A DNA stretch of 64,000 bases from the NCBI RefSeq assembly GCF_006345805.1, contig NC_043015.1, positions 51,274,001 through 51,338,000 of the forward strand, written 5' to 3'. Position 1 is the first letter of the stretch. Every line of letters starts with the position of its first letter. The translations under genes and the position numbers were made by a program. This stretch comes from Octopus sinensis. Lineage: Eukaryota. The notes under the pieces are model-generated. The model ran no database searches. It saw only the letters and a program-made list of their open reading frames with translations, and was not told the DNA's origin. Below, in pieces: positions 1-11,949 of the stretch.

Positions 1-134
1 TATAAACTTTTATTTCTTTATATTGTTATTTCAAGCTTGTCATTATTTATTTATTTATCTTATTTATATCTTTATTTTCCTGAAAATATTTTTCTTCCAA
101 TTTTATGCTTCTCAACTGATCCAGTAACTGGCTT

Positions 135-146
135 ATTATTTTCTAC

Positions 147-188
<42 letters not shown>

Positions 189-200
189 TATTATTATTAC

Positions 201-236
<36 letters not shown>

Positions 237-1438
237 ACCCATTATTATCATTACTAGTATCATCATCATCATCATCATCATCATTACTATTATTATTAGT
301 TGAAAAATGTCTCCCTCCCCCCGTTCTTTTATTCTTCCAGTGGCTCACATTTGCCTCGATTCCATGGTTTCATTTGGATATTCCTTGCTTCGCAGTTATA
401 TTTTTTAAAAAGTTTCTTTAATTTATGGAACTTCTCACGGAGAATTAACACAATCGTCGCCATCAATGCCAAGACCATTACCGAAACAACAACAGCAGTA
501 GTATTAATGGTGGCAGTTGCTTTGGAGGTGGTGGTGGTGGTGGTGCTGGTAGTAGTTGTAGTTGTAGTAGTGGTAGTAGTAGTAGTATTAGTAGTTCCAT
601 TTGACTTTGTCGTTCTTCACTGCTGACAAAAATCTTTTGCCTCGCCGCCTCATAATTACCCCCGAATGCCATTGCTTATATCATCCGTCAATTGATTGAT
701 TGATCTATCCTACCACCAGCCTCACAACCAACCCCATTATGACCAACACCTCTCACAACACTGCCATCATCATTATTATCATCATCGTCATCGTTGCCAT
801 TGTCATCATCGTCATAATCTTTGTCATCATCATCGATATGTCATTATTATCTTCATTCTATTTTTACCTGGCACCACCACCCCACCACCACCACCACCAC
901 CAATTACTACAACAGCAACATCATCATCATCATGGCATTATCATCATGAGACCACCCTGACCCAACACCACAACCTCCACCACCACCACTACTACTACTA
1001 CCACCACTGTAACCATCTCCACCACTATGAGCACAACTACCACTGCCACCACCATCACTACTGTGATAACCACCACTACCATCATCACCATCATCATTAC
1101 CATTGTCATTATCATCAAACCACCATAACCTACCACCACCACCACCGCCATCACCACTTACACTGACATTGCCACAGATTCTGTTTTACCTCCTCCACCA
1201 TTGCAAGAATCCTTGTCACTGCCACCACCACCACAGCCTGTATTTCCACTCTTATCAATCTACCACAAGGCCATAAAGCATACCCTGCCATCATCATCAT
1301 CATCATCACCATCATCGTCATTATTGCCTTCATCATCACCATCATCATCATTGCCATCACTGTCATCACTATCATCATCATCATCATCATCATTGCCATC
1401 ATCGTCATCACCACCAGCTCCATCACTGCCATCATCAT

Positions 1439-1501
<63 letters not shown>

Positions 1502-1583
1502 AATTATTGTCATCATCATCATCATCATTGCCATCATCGTCATCACCACCAGCTCCATCACTGCCATCATCATCACCACCACC

Positions 1584-1617
<34 letters not shown>

Positions 1618-1670
1618 TCATCATCGTCATCATCATAATTATTGTCATCATCATCATCATCATCAGCCGG
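135..1670. repeat. Compound trinucleotide low-complexity tract (ATT, CAT, CAC, TAG)
   Basis: Runs of (att)n, (cat)n, (cac)n and (tag)n, with an internal duplication of about 120-150 bp around 1400-1660. Confidence 0.95.
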
Positions 1671-2279
1671 AACTGCAGATTTTTCTGTCTGCAGGTTCAA
1701 TGCTTTATGAATTGTCATAGATATTGTCAATGCTGTTGCTATTGTTGTTGTTGTTGCTGTTGGTGGTGGTGGTGGTGGAGTGTTGCACTGCAAATGGGAT
1801 AGGAATAGCACTGCAGGTAGTAGTAGTGCTGGTGTTCTGCTGATGTTCGAATTGGAGTGGCACTGCTGGAGGTGTTGGAGTGGTACTGCAAGTGGCACTG
1901 CTGTTATAATGATGGTGGTGGAGGAGGAGTGAGTGTAACCCTGCCAGTGGCACTGGTGGAACGGGGTGAGCTTGGCAAGGCGCTGCTGCAGGTGCATGTG
2001 CCACACTGCAGGTGGCAGTTGCAGTGGGGTTGGTATGACCCCACTGTTGCCATCAAATTGGTGTTAATGATGGTGTGATACTGGTGGGGTTTGTGTGGCA
2101 CTGGTGGAATAATTGTGGGGCTGCTGACACTGTCATGGTGGTGGTGGTGTTATCGTAGTGCAGCTGGTGTTGTCATTGTGCTCGTGGCATCATCATGGAG
2201 CTGGATACCTCAGCATTGTGTTTCTGGTGTCACTGTGCCACTGGTAGTGCTGTACTGGTGCTGGTGGAGTCAGTGCAGT

Positions 2280-3320
2280 ACTGCTAGTATTGTCATCGTG
2301 CTGTTGGTGTTGTCATAGTAGTGGTGGTGGTGTCACTACGGTGCTGGAGGACTCAACATTTTGCTGTTGGGCTAAGTGTGCCACTTGTAGTGTTGTCCCA
2401 GTGCTGGTAGTCAGTGCAGCACCGGTGGGGGTTGGTGCAGTACTGGTGAGGCTGGTACAGTATTGGTGAGGTCAGTGCAGTACTGGTGGGGGGGGGGGGG
2501 CAATGCTGTACTGGTGGTGGGGCGCGGGGCGCTGTACTATGATGGGGGGGAAGTGCTGTACTGGGGGAGGGGCGGTGCAGTACTGGTGAGGTCAGTTCAA
2601 TATGGTTGTGAGGTCAGTGCAGTACTGGTGGGGGGGGGGCAATGCTGTACTGGTGGTGGTTGCGGGGGCGCTGTACTGATGGGGGGGAAGTGCTGTATGG
2701 GGGAGGGGCGGTGCAGTACTGGTGAGGTCAGTTCAATACTGGTGAGGTCAGTGCAGTACTGGTGGGGGGGGGGCAATGCTGTACTGGTGGTGGTGCGGGG
2801 GCGCTGTACTGATGGGGGGGGAAGTGCTGTACTGGGGGAGGGGCGGTGCAGTACTGGTGAGGTCAGTTCAATACTGGTGAGGTCGGTGCAGTACTGATGG
2901 GATCGTTGCAGTAATGGTGAGGTTGGTGCATTATTGGTGGGGTTGGTGCAGTACTGCTAGTGTTGTCGTGGTGCTGTTGGTGTTGTCGTAGTGGTGGTGG
3001 TGTCACTGTGGTGCTAGAGGACTCAACATTTTGCTGTTGGGCTAAGTGTGCCACTTGTAGTATTGTACCAGTGGGGGCTGGTGCAGTACTGCTTCGGTTG
3101 GTGCAGTATTAGGGAGGTGGTGTTATTGCAATAGTGGTGGGGGTCAGTGCAGTACTAGTGGGGTCGATGTAGTACTAGCGAGGGTGGTGCAGTACTGGTG
3201 AGGTCAGTGCAGTATTGGTGAGGTCAGTGCAGTACTGGTGAGGTCGGTGCATTATTGGTGGGGTTGGTGCAGTACTGGTGATGTTGTCATTGTGCTGACA
3301 GTGTTGTTGTAGTGATGGTG
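2280..3320. repeat. Complex G/T-rich minisatellite (core about 20 bp, gtgcagtactggtgaggtca) with larger internal duplications
   Basis: Repeated cagtactg-containing units and G-runs at 2485-2845. A block containing ggactcaacattttgctgttgggctaagtgtgccacttgtagt occurs near 2350 and again near 3020. Confidence 0.9.
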
Positions 3321-3816
3321 GTTTTGTCATAATGTTGGTGACGTTATCATAGTGCTGGTGGTGTCATCATGGTTTTGGTGGCACCATCATGGTGCTAGTG
3401 AAATCAGCGTGGTCTAAAAGTGTTGTCATAATGGTGGCACTGTTGTCATGGTGCTGGTGGCATTACCATAGTACAGACAGCGTCACTATGGTGCTGGTGG
3501 CATCGTCATGGTGATGTTGGCATCGCCGTGGTACTGGTGGTGTTTGAAGTGAAGTGGCAAGATGCTGACATGTAATTTTATTCTTTTCTCTCAGTTTGGT
3601 TGGTTGAATATTATCTGCAATAATAAGGAGGGTTGTGTTGGTTATTTTACATATTTTCTGCATCTTTGCTTATTGAAGTGTACATATTAAGTGGATGTTC
3701 ATTCCTGCTGATGTTTCTGCATGCACGTGTGTTGGTGTTTATATATATATATAGGTGTACTTAGCATATCTGTGTATGTGTGTGCATAAATCATCATCAT
3801 CATCATCATCATCATG

Positions 3817-3847
<31 letters not shown>

Positions 3848-4204
3848 ATGTATATATATATATGCATGTATATATATATATATATATGGATGTATATATA
3901 TATACATACATATATATGATGATGATGATGATATATGTATGTATATATATATGGATGTATATATATATATACATATGTATATATGTATGTATATATATAT
4001 ATATATGGATGTATGTATATATATATATACATACATATATATATATGTATGTATATATATATATATATGGATGTATATATATATATTACACATACATACA
4101 TATGTATATATATATATATACACACACACACACATACACAGTTTAATGGATATAACTATATCTTGTGTAAATGTATGAGTCTGTATATATACATATATAT
4201 AAAT

Positions 4205-4645
4205 GCATATCGTCATCATCATCATCATCATTTAGCATCCGCTTTCCATGCTAGCAGGGGGTTGACAGTTCAACTGGGTCTGGGAAGCCAGAAGGCTGCA
4301 CCAAGCCCAGTCTGATCTGGCAGTTGTTTCTAGGCTGGATGCCCTTCCTAACGCCAACCACTCCGTGAGTGTAGTGGGTGCTTTTTACATGCCACCCGCA
4401 CAGGTGCCAGGTGGGGCTGGCAAACAAACACGGACGGATGGTGCTTTTTACATGCCACTGGCATGGGGGCCAAGAAAAGCTGGCAATGGCTACGATCGGA
4501 TGGTGCTTTTTACGTGCCACCGGCACGGAGGCCAGTCGGGGCGGCACTGGCAACGGACACGGTCGGGTGGTGCTTTTTACGTGCCACCGGCACGGGGGCC
4601 AGGCGAGGCTGGCAACAGCCACGATCGGATGGTGCTTTTTACTTG
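4205..4645 (-). mobile_element. Family D non-autonomous retroposon with 62-67 bp monomer array
   Basis: Reverse (GAT)n tail and ggaagggcatcc core. Monomer starts (gtgcttttta) at 4378, 4441, 4503, 4570 and 4632. Confidence 0.85.
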
Positions 4646-5209
4646 ATGTTAATATATGTTTATATATACATATATATGCATATATATATATATATGTATA
4701 AACACACACACACACATATATGTATATATATATATATATATATATTTACAAATATGCATCTGTACATATGTTAGTGTATATGCTCTAAAATGTATATTAT
4801 AAGAATTATACTAAATGTATGCGTGTGTGTATATATAATCATATTTATTTATATATAACAGTTTTTGCAGATATTTCTCTCTTTGTGTATATGTATGTAT
4901 GTATACATGTATGTACATGTATATAATACATACACAACACACACAAAAGAGACATAACGAAGTAATAAAGGTGTAATTCTTATACTAAAGGTGTTCGGTT
5001 TTTGCGAATACTGTTTGATAAACATAATAAAACATTTTCTCAACGGGGTAACTTTTTCTGCTTATCTTAATGAAAGTTGTATTGCTAACAAATATACACC
5101 CATTAAATATATATATATATACATGTTTGTATGTGTGTGAACATGTATGGAAGAAAGCCGCATTTATACACAGATGTCTGTGCCGATAAATGTATTTGTG
5201 TGTGTGTGT

Positions 5210-5250
<41 letters not shown>

Positions 5251-5950
5251 GTGTGTGGGTATGTGTGTCTGTGTGCATTTGTTGTTTTAAAATTGGAGAG
5301 TCTAGTCAGAGTTTCACCTGCGGCCAGCTTATTCATGACTGTGAACATATCTATCCACTCCATGCTATGCAGCATATTAAGTTCTGTATCAGATGATATT
5401 GCCGCTAAAATATACTTTGACACACTTTGCAAATGTTACATTATGAAGTGTTTGTTTGTTTGTGTGTGTGTGTGTATGTGTGTGTGTGTGTGTATCTTAT
5501 AATTGAGTTTTTCTCTTCTGATGGTTAAATAATTCAGTAGTTGTTTTGGTTAGTATTGGTTTTGTTCTTTAGCAGTTTCTCACAATGCCTATGACTAATA
5601 TCATGGGTATTGTTTACTAATAGCTTCACACCCAAGGCTTGTTGGGAAACTTGGAGTCCTCTATGTGAACCTACTCAATTTGTATGATATGTTAACTACA
5701 CACTCACCCACACACACACTCACCCACACACACACACACACTCACACACATAACAATTAAGATAATCTTATAACTTTCCTCCCTTGATCTGTATATTTAT
5801 TTTGAAACTCCGCATACACTCATGTAACCTCATGTATTCCCATCCATATAGGAGACATGAACTAACATTCCCAAGTGGATTGCTTTTGAAAATTGTGGTG
5901 ATTTTTTCCACATGAAATCATTGGTTGTCTCATTAATCTACAAATAAAGA

Positions 5951-5991
<41 letters not shown>

Positions 5992-6039
5992 TATATATAT
6001 ATGTATGTGTGTATATATACATATATATATGTATATATA

Positions 6040-6715
6040 TATGGGCTTCACTGAGGCAGTGACTAGTGACTGAGACCTTTGGAAATATGCTGTGCTTGAG
6101 AAGACCCAACAACCCAAGTGAGACCATAATCCATGGCCTATCCCACTTGTATATAACTACCCCATTTATGAGTACCCTTCATTCATTGGACAATAAACTT
6201 TGCTTGCGAAGACCTGTTGAGGCAAGTGAAATCAAAATAGCTGATATGGCCGATGACAGTACTGCCTGATTGGCACTCATGCCAGTGGAATGTTAAAAGC
6301 ACCAGCCAAGCATGATTGTTGTCAGGGCTGCTGACTGGCTCCTGTGCCAGTAGCACGTAAAAAGCACCATTCGAGTGTGATCGTTGCCAGGATTGCCTTA
6401 CTGGCACATGTGCTGGTGGCACGTGAAAAACAACATTTGAGCATGGTTGTTGCTCGTGCCGCCAGACTGGGTCCCGTGCAGGTTGCACATAAAAAACACC
6501 ATATGAGCTTGGTCATTGCCAGTACCACCTGACTGGACCTTGTGCCGGTGGCACATAAAAGTACCCACTACACTCTTGGAATGGTTGGCATTACGAAGGG
6601 CATCCAGCTGTAGAAACTTTGTAGCCTTCTGGCTTGCCAGTCCTCAGTCAAACCGTTCAACCCATGCCAGCATGGAAAGTGGACGTTAAACGATGATGAT
6701 GATAATGATGATGAT
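6040..6715 (+). mobile_element. Family D, long composite copy (5' module, monomers, core, (GAT)n tail)
   Basis: The 5' module is shared with 35860-36045. About five monomers of about 65 bp, ending catggaaagtggacgttaaacgatgatgat. Confidence 0.8.
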
Positions 6716-6761
6716 ACACACATACATAAATGCATATAACTATAGCTATATGAAGTTATAC

Positions 6762-6794
<33 letters not shown>

Positions 6795-6879
6795 TAGGTG
6801 AGAAAGTTGGTGTGTGAAAGCACGTGGTTGAATATATAGAAAATAGTAAAAAGTGAAAAAACTACAGAAGGCTTGTTTT

Positions 6880-7330
6880 AAAAGGTTAAAAAATATATAT
6901 TTGAGTCAATATGTCTGAAGAATGTTATAAATTTTTTTCATACAATGACATAGTTTTTGAAGAAATGACCGGTTTCGCGTTCAGCTTTTCAAATTTCTTA
7001 CATCGTTATGTTTACATTGAGAAGAGTTATCGTTATGTTTACGTTGAGAAGAGTTCCAGATAAGGGGAGGTAATAAGTGATTTCTTCTGGTGTAAGGGAG
7101 ATATTCGCTTAAAATGTTTTGCCTTTCTTTTGGAGTGAATTTCTCTGTATAAGTATGTTGGAATGGTTAAGTTTGGGCTTGTATTCTTCAATGAAGAATG
7201 TTTCCTTGTTTAGTCTAATTTGTGTTGGTGTTCCGATAGCACATTGGTAAAATGGAAAGATTAAAAATTGTGGTAGTAGTTGCTTTACGCATTTCTCAAT
7301 GTGCTCGCTAAAGGGTATCATTCTGTATAT
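6880..7330 (-). mobile_element. Penelope-like element 3' fragment (GIY-YIG C-terminus plus pLTR)
   Basis: ORF 7109-7321 contains HIEKC...FYQC...RLNKETFFIEEYKPKLN, resembling the E..FI...KP.LN end of PLE endonucleases. A hammerhead-like motif lies downstream. Confidence 0.7.
6962..6997 (-). ncRNA. Degenerate minimal hammerhead ribozyme motif
   Basis: Minus strand gaaat-ttgaaaa-gc tgaac gc-gaaac-cg-gtc-atttc: 5-bp stem I, palindromic ACCGGT stem III, GUC triplet. The core has two substitutions relative to CUGANGA. Confidence 0.6.
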
Positions 7331-7460
7331 ATATATACATGCACATATGTATATATGTGTATGTTTGTATGTGTATACATATTTATGTATGCATATGCAT
7401 GCATATACTTGTATGTGTGTGTATATATATAGGTATGTATGTATTTATGTATATATACAT

Positions 7461-7882
7461 AGGCATAGGAATGGCTGTGTGGTAAGTAGCTTGCTTACCA
7501 ACCACATGGTTCCGGGTTCAGTCCCACTGCATGGCACCTTGGGCAAGTGTCTTCTGCTATAGCCTCGAGCCAACCAAAGCCTTGTGAGTGGATTGGTAGA
7601 CAGAAACTGAAAAAAGCCCATCGTATATATGTGGGTGTATATATATGTACATGTGTGTATGTTTGTGTGTCTGTGTTTGTCCCCCCAATATCGCTTGACA
7701 ACCGATGCTGGTGTGTTTACGTCCCCATAAACCTAGTGGTTCAGCAAAAGAATCTGATAGAATAAGTACTAGGCTTACAAAGAATAAGTCCTGGGGTCAT
7801 TTTGCTTTACTAAAGGCGGTGCTCCAGCATGGCCACAGTCAAATAACTGAAACAAGTAAAAGAGTAAAAAGAGTAAAGAGTA
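7461..7882 (+). mobile_element. Family A tRNA-derived SINE, near full length
   Basis: Head ggctgtgtggtaagtagc...ggttcagtccc (A/B-box-like), internal (TA)/(TG) tract, tail gaaacaagtaaaagagtaaa. Many copies in the window. Confidence 0.9.
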
Positions 7883-8067
7883 TACATGCCTGATCTCAGT
7901 TATAAACACCACAAAGTCCTAAATTAAATTCGTCTCACACAGCTCCATTATTCATCACAAATAAGTTGTTACCAAAACATTAACAAACCCTCAGCATTCA
8001 GGACAAAGTAACAATAAAATTACTAGTCTTAGAACTACCAATGAATTTATTGGGGCTGGGAATATAT

Positions 8068-8295
8068 ATTTCTTTACTACCCACAAGGGGCTAAACACAG
8101 AGGGGACAAACAAGGACAGACAAACGGATTAAGTCGATTACATTGACCCCAGTACGTAACTGGTACTTAATTTATCGACCCAGAAAGGATGAAAGGTAAA
8201 GTCGACCTCGGTGGAATTTGAACCCAGAACGTAATGGCAGACGAAATACGGCTACGCATTTTGCCCGGCTTGCTAACGTTTCTGTCAGCTCGCTG
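8068..8295 (-). mobile_element. Family B tRNA-derived SINE with Tx1-like tail
   Basis: Head gagctgacagaaacgttagc...gggttcaaattcc, body gtcgataaattaagtaccagt, 3' end ccctctgtgtttagccccttgtgggtagtaaagaaata. Confidence 0.85.
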
Positions 8296-8469
8296 GGAAT
8301 ATAAACGAACTCAACAACCAAAGTATGGAAATATACTCTTGCATAAACATGTAAAATCTTACCCTCAACTGCCTGGTCGAATGCGTCCTTGTATATAATC
8401 TTTGTATATAATTTTTGCTTAGCTATGCAATACTGGCAGATTTTCCCCCAGTCATACAAATCACACCAG

Positions 8470-8850
8470 ACTCCAATCTGATCTGGCAAAACTTCTACAG
8501 CTGGATGCCCTCCCTAATGCCAATCATTCCAAGAGTGTAGTGGGTACTTTTATGTGCCACCAGCATGGGGGCCAGTCTGGCGGTACTGGCAATGACCACG
8601 CTCAAAAGGTGTTTTTTACGTCCCACCTGCACGGGACCCAGTCCAGCGGCACCCAGTCCAGCGGCACCCAGTCCAGCGGCACCCAGTCCAGCGGCACCCA
8701 GTCCAGCGGCACCCAGTCCAGCGGCACCCAGTCCAGCGGCACCCAGTCCAGCGGCACCCAGTCCAGCGGCACCCAGTCCAGACATGCTCGAATGTTGTTT
8801 TTCACATGCCACCGGTACATGTGCCAGTAAGGCGATGCTGGCAATGATCA
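8470..8850 (-). mobile_element. Family D copy containing a 15-bp tandem expansion
   Basis: ctggatgccctccctaatgccaa core and monomers flanking the array. Confidence 0.8.
8636..8780. repeat. Perfect 15-bp tandem repeat (acccagtccagcggc) x9 plus partial
   Basis: Identical units start at 8636, 8651 ... 8756, with a 10-nt partial at 8771. Confidence 0.97.
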
Positions 8851-9277
8851 CACTATGCAATACTGGCAGATTTTACCCCAGTCACACAATGATCACACTC
8901 TTCGATGAGAGCGAGGGGGGAGAGAGAGGGGGTGAAAGAATGGGAAGAATTAGTAGGAGAATGTGTTTGTTAGGATATGTGTAAAAGAATGGGAGAGATT
9001 GTATAATATTTAATCAAGACTTGGAAAAACGATGTTTTTCTCATCATTGGGAACAATGCCTTGCAATATAGATGTATACGTGTGACGGCCCACTATCTTT
9101 AAGCTAGCATGTTTGCACTAGTGTGTGCATGTGTGCATATATAAATATATGTATGTGTCTGTATGTGCATATACATAATACATACATATATATACAATAT
9201 GTACATACACACACACACACACACATACATATTGTATATATGTATGTATGCATATATATGTATGTATACATGCACAT

Positions 9278-9328
<51 letters not shown>

Positions 9329-9688
9329 ATATTAAAATTTTTGAATGTCTACTTTAAGGCTTTATGTATCTGCAATGCACACGTGTTTTTATGTTAGAGT
9401 GTGCAGCTGCATATGAGTATAATACGTAAGTATTTTTATACATATTTAATAAAGACATATCTTAGTTACATAAGGAAATGCATATTAAAATGCATATATG
9501 TGCATACGAAACTTACACACACTGTAAGCACATACACGAATGAATGATCCATTCACGAATAAGTTTTTTTTTCCTTTTTGTTTCATGTGCATGCATTATA
9601 TATATAAAAATATATTGTTTATGGAGATGGTTGATGCTTGCTTTCAGAGGGTCTTATCGTTATATTTCTCTGTATTTTTCTATTTCAG

Positions 9689-9860
9689 TGAGTACGGCAA
9701 AAACCCCCAGATACTGCAGTTCCTCGGTAATCAGGTGGTGATGCGACGTTCTGAAGGGTCTCTTGTCAGCTCCTCAATAAAACCGTACCCGATGCTTCTT
9801 CACGGATACGTGAACGGGGGGAAGTGGGAGGAGGCCGTGCGGCTTTGTCGCTTTGTCAAG
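9689..9860 (+). CDS. IFT80: IFT80 internal coding exon (172 bp, phase 2 in, phase 0 out)
   Basis: Acceptor tttttctatttcag, donor aag|gtaaac. Encodes (S)[57 protein letters not shown], recognised as the IFT80 segment ending [13 protein letters not shown]. Confidence 0.95.
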
Positions 9861-9954
9861 GTAAACGCAGCCTGCTGTATTACACTCTCCTTTTTTTAAA
9901 TTTTTTTTCTCAACAAACACAACGATGATATTAATAACATTAAGAACAGCATCA

Positions 9955-10196
9955 GTAGTAGTAGTAGTGGTGGTGGTGGTGGTGGTATTAGTTGTAGAAG
10001 TAGTAGTAGTAGTGGTGGTGTTTGTAGAAGTAGTGGTAGTAGTAGTAATAACCAGCATGGAAAGCGGACATTAAATGATGATGATTATAGTTATAATGAT
10101 AATGATGATGTTAGTGATGTTAATAATAATAATGATGGTGATGATGATGATGACGACAATAATATAATAATAATAATAACAATAATCATAATAATA

Positions 10197-10233
<37 letters not shown>

Positions 10234-10323
10234 TAATCATAATAATAATAATAATAATAACAATAATCATAATAATAATATGAGTGATGATAATACTAAC
10301 AATAAATATTATGATAATAACAC

Positions 10324-10362
<39 letters not shown>

Positions 10363-10677
10363 TAATAAAACTATAACCAAATTTAAATATCATTGGAATT
10401 TCAATTCTCAAGAGTAGATTTTTTTTGGTGTGTTTTTGAATATTCATTCTCAAAAAAAAAAAGGATACCAAACAGAATAACACCGCCACCCCTCAACGCA
10501 CCACCTCTCTCCTTTCAGAACTAAAAAATAAAAATTAAAACCAGGAAAAACAAAAAAAAAACCCAAAAACACAAACATTATCCTCTGAAAGATAAAATCT
10601 AGGTTTTACCTTACATTTTCTTTTGAATGCTTATCATTATAATAATAACAACAACAATAATGATAATAATAATAATA

Positions 10678-10719
<42 letters not shown>

Positions 10720-10816
10720 ACTGCTGTTAGAAACCAACTTCGTCATTACTATTATTTAAGATTGTAATACTTATTATTGCTATTATTTTTATTATTGTTA
10801 TTGGTATTATTATTGC

Positions 10817-10865
<49 letters not shown>

Positions 10866-11045
10866 GTTCCCATTATTATTCCTATATCTCGACATCAGCA
10901 TCATCACCATCATCATCATCATTGCCATTTACATCGACAGTCATCGTCATCATCATCATCATCATTATCATCATCGTCATTTTTTATGATGCTTCTCATG
11001 TTGGCTCTGTAACAATAGCATTGCTGCTGCCACTGCTGCTGCTGC
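9955..11045. repeat. Compound trinucleotide tracts (TAG/TGG, TAA, ATT, CAT)
   Basis: Direct inspection. Confidence 0.9.
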
Positions 11046-11449
11046 TGCTGTATTCTTGTAAGAGTAGGTTTTCAGCAAGATGGATATTGCATCTAATGCC
11101 TTTCTTTTTACCAGTTCAAGAGCCGTTTTTAGTGTGTATATCAATGGTATTGTTTTAAAGTTATTTCAACTTGATCATCCGTGAAGCTTCCAACTTGGAA
11201 ATTCTTATGCTATTAATATACTACAATATATCTATGTGCGTGTGTGTGTGTGCATACATACATATATATGTGTATGCATGTGTATGTGTGCGTCTATATA
11301 TATGCACATATACACTCGCATGTGTGCACACACACACACACACATGCACATATATAAAAATTTGGTTTTATAACAGGAACACAACTCAATAAGTACAGCA
11401 GAGAATATATATTTATATTTATGTATATGTGCATATATATCTATCTATA

Positions 11450-11673
11450 TACTCTTTTACTCTTTTACTTGTTTCAGTCATTTGACTGCGGCCATGCTGG
11501 AGCACCACCTTTAGTCAAGCAAATCGATCCCAGGACTTATTCCTTGTAAGCCTAGTACTTGTTCTATCAGTCTCTTTTGCCGAACTGCTAAGTTACGGGG
11601 AACGTAACCACACCAGCATCGGTTGTCAAGCGATGTTGGGGGGACAAACACAGATACACAAACATATACAGAC

Positions 11674-11704
<31 letters not shown>

Positions 11705-11791
11705 AATATATACAATGGGCTTCTTTCCATCTACCAAATCCACTCACAAGGCTTTGGTTGGCCCGAGGCTATAGTAGAAGACACTTGCCCG
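11450..11791 (-). mobile_element. Family A SINE, 5' truncated
   Basis: Matches the family A body and tail in reverse. It abuts a family C 3' fragment (11792-11945, minus). Confidence 0.85.
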
Positions 11792-11949
11792 ACGATGAGG
11801 GTTCCAGCTGATCTGATCAATGGAACAGCCTGCTCATGAAATTAATGTGTAAGTGTCTGAGCACTCCACAGAAACGTGCACCCTTAACATAGTTCTTGGG
11901 GAGATTCAGTGTGACACAGTCTGACGAGGCTAGCCCCTTTGGAATATAA

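Noticed and set aside
4378-4645. Monomer arrays and the 42-bp array at 23611 as CRISPR-like repeat-spacer loci
   Set aside because: The units are homologous along their whole length, with no unique spacers and no cas genes, in a eukaryotic intron.
8565-8984. AAPSP-repeat 139-aa ORF as a mucin or antifreeze-like gene
   Set aside because: It is produced by a 15-bp VNTR inside a retroposon, and several frames are open for the same reason.
9540-9899. ORF-track entries 9540-9899, 27573-27767 and 63111-63296 as stand-alone genes
   Set aside because: Each is an IFT80 exon plus intronic read-through; canonical splice sites define the true bounds.
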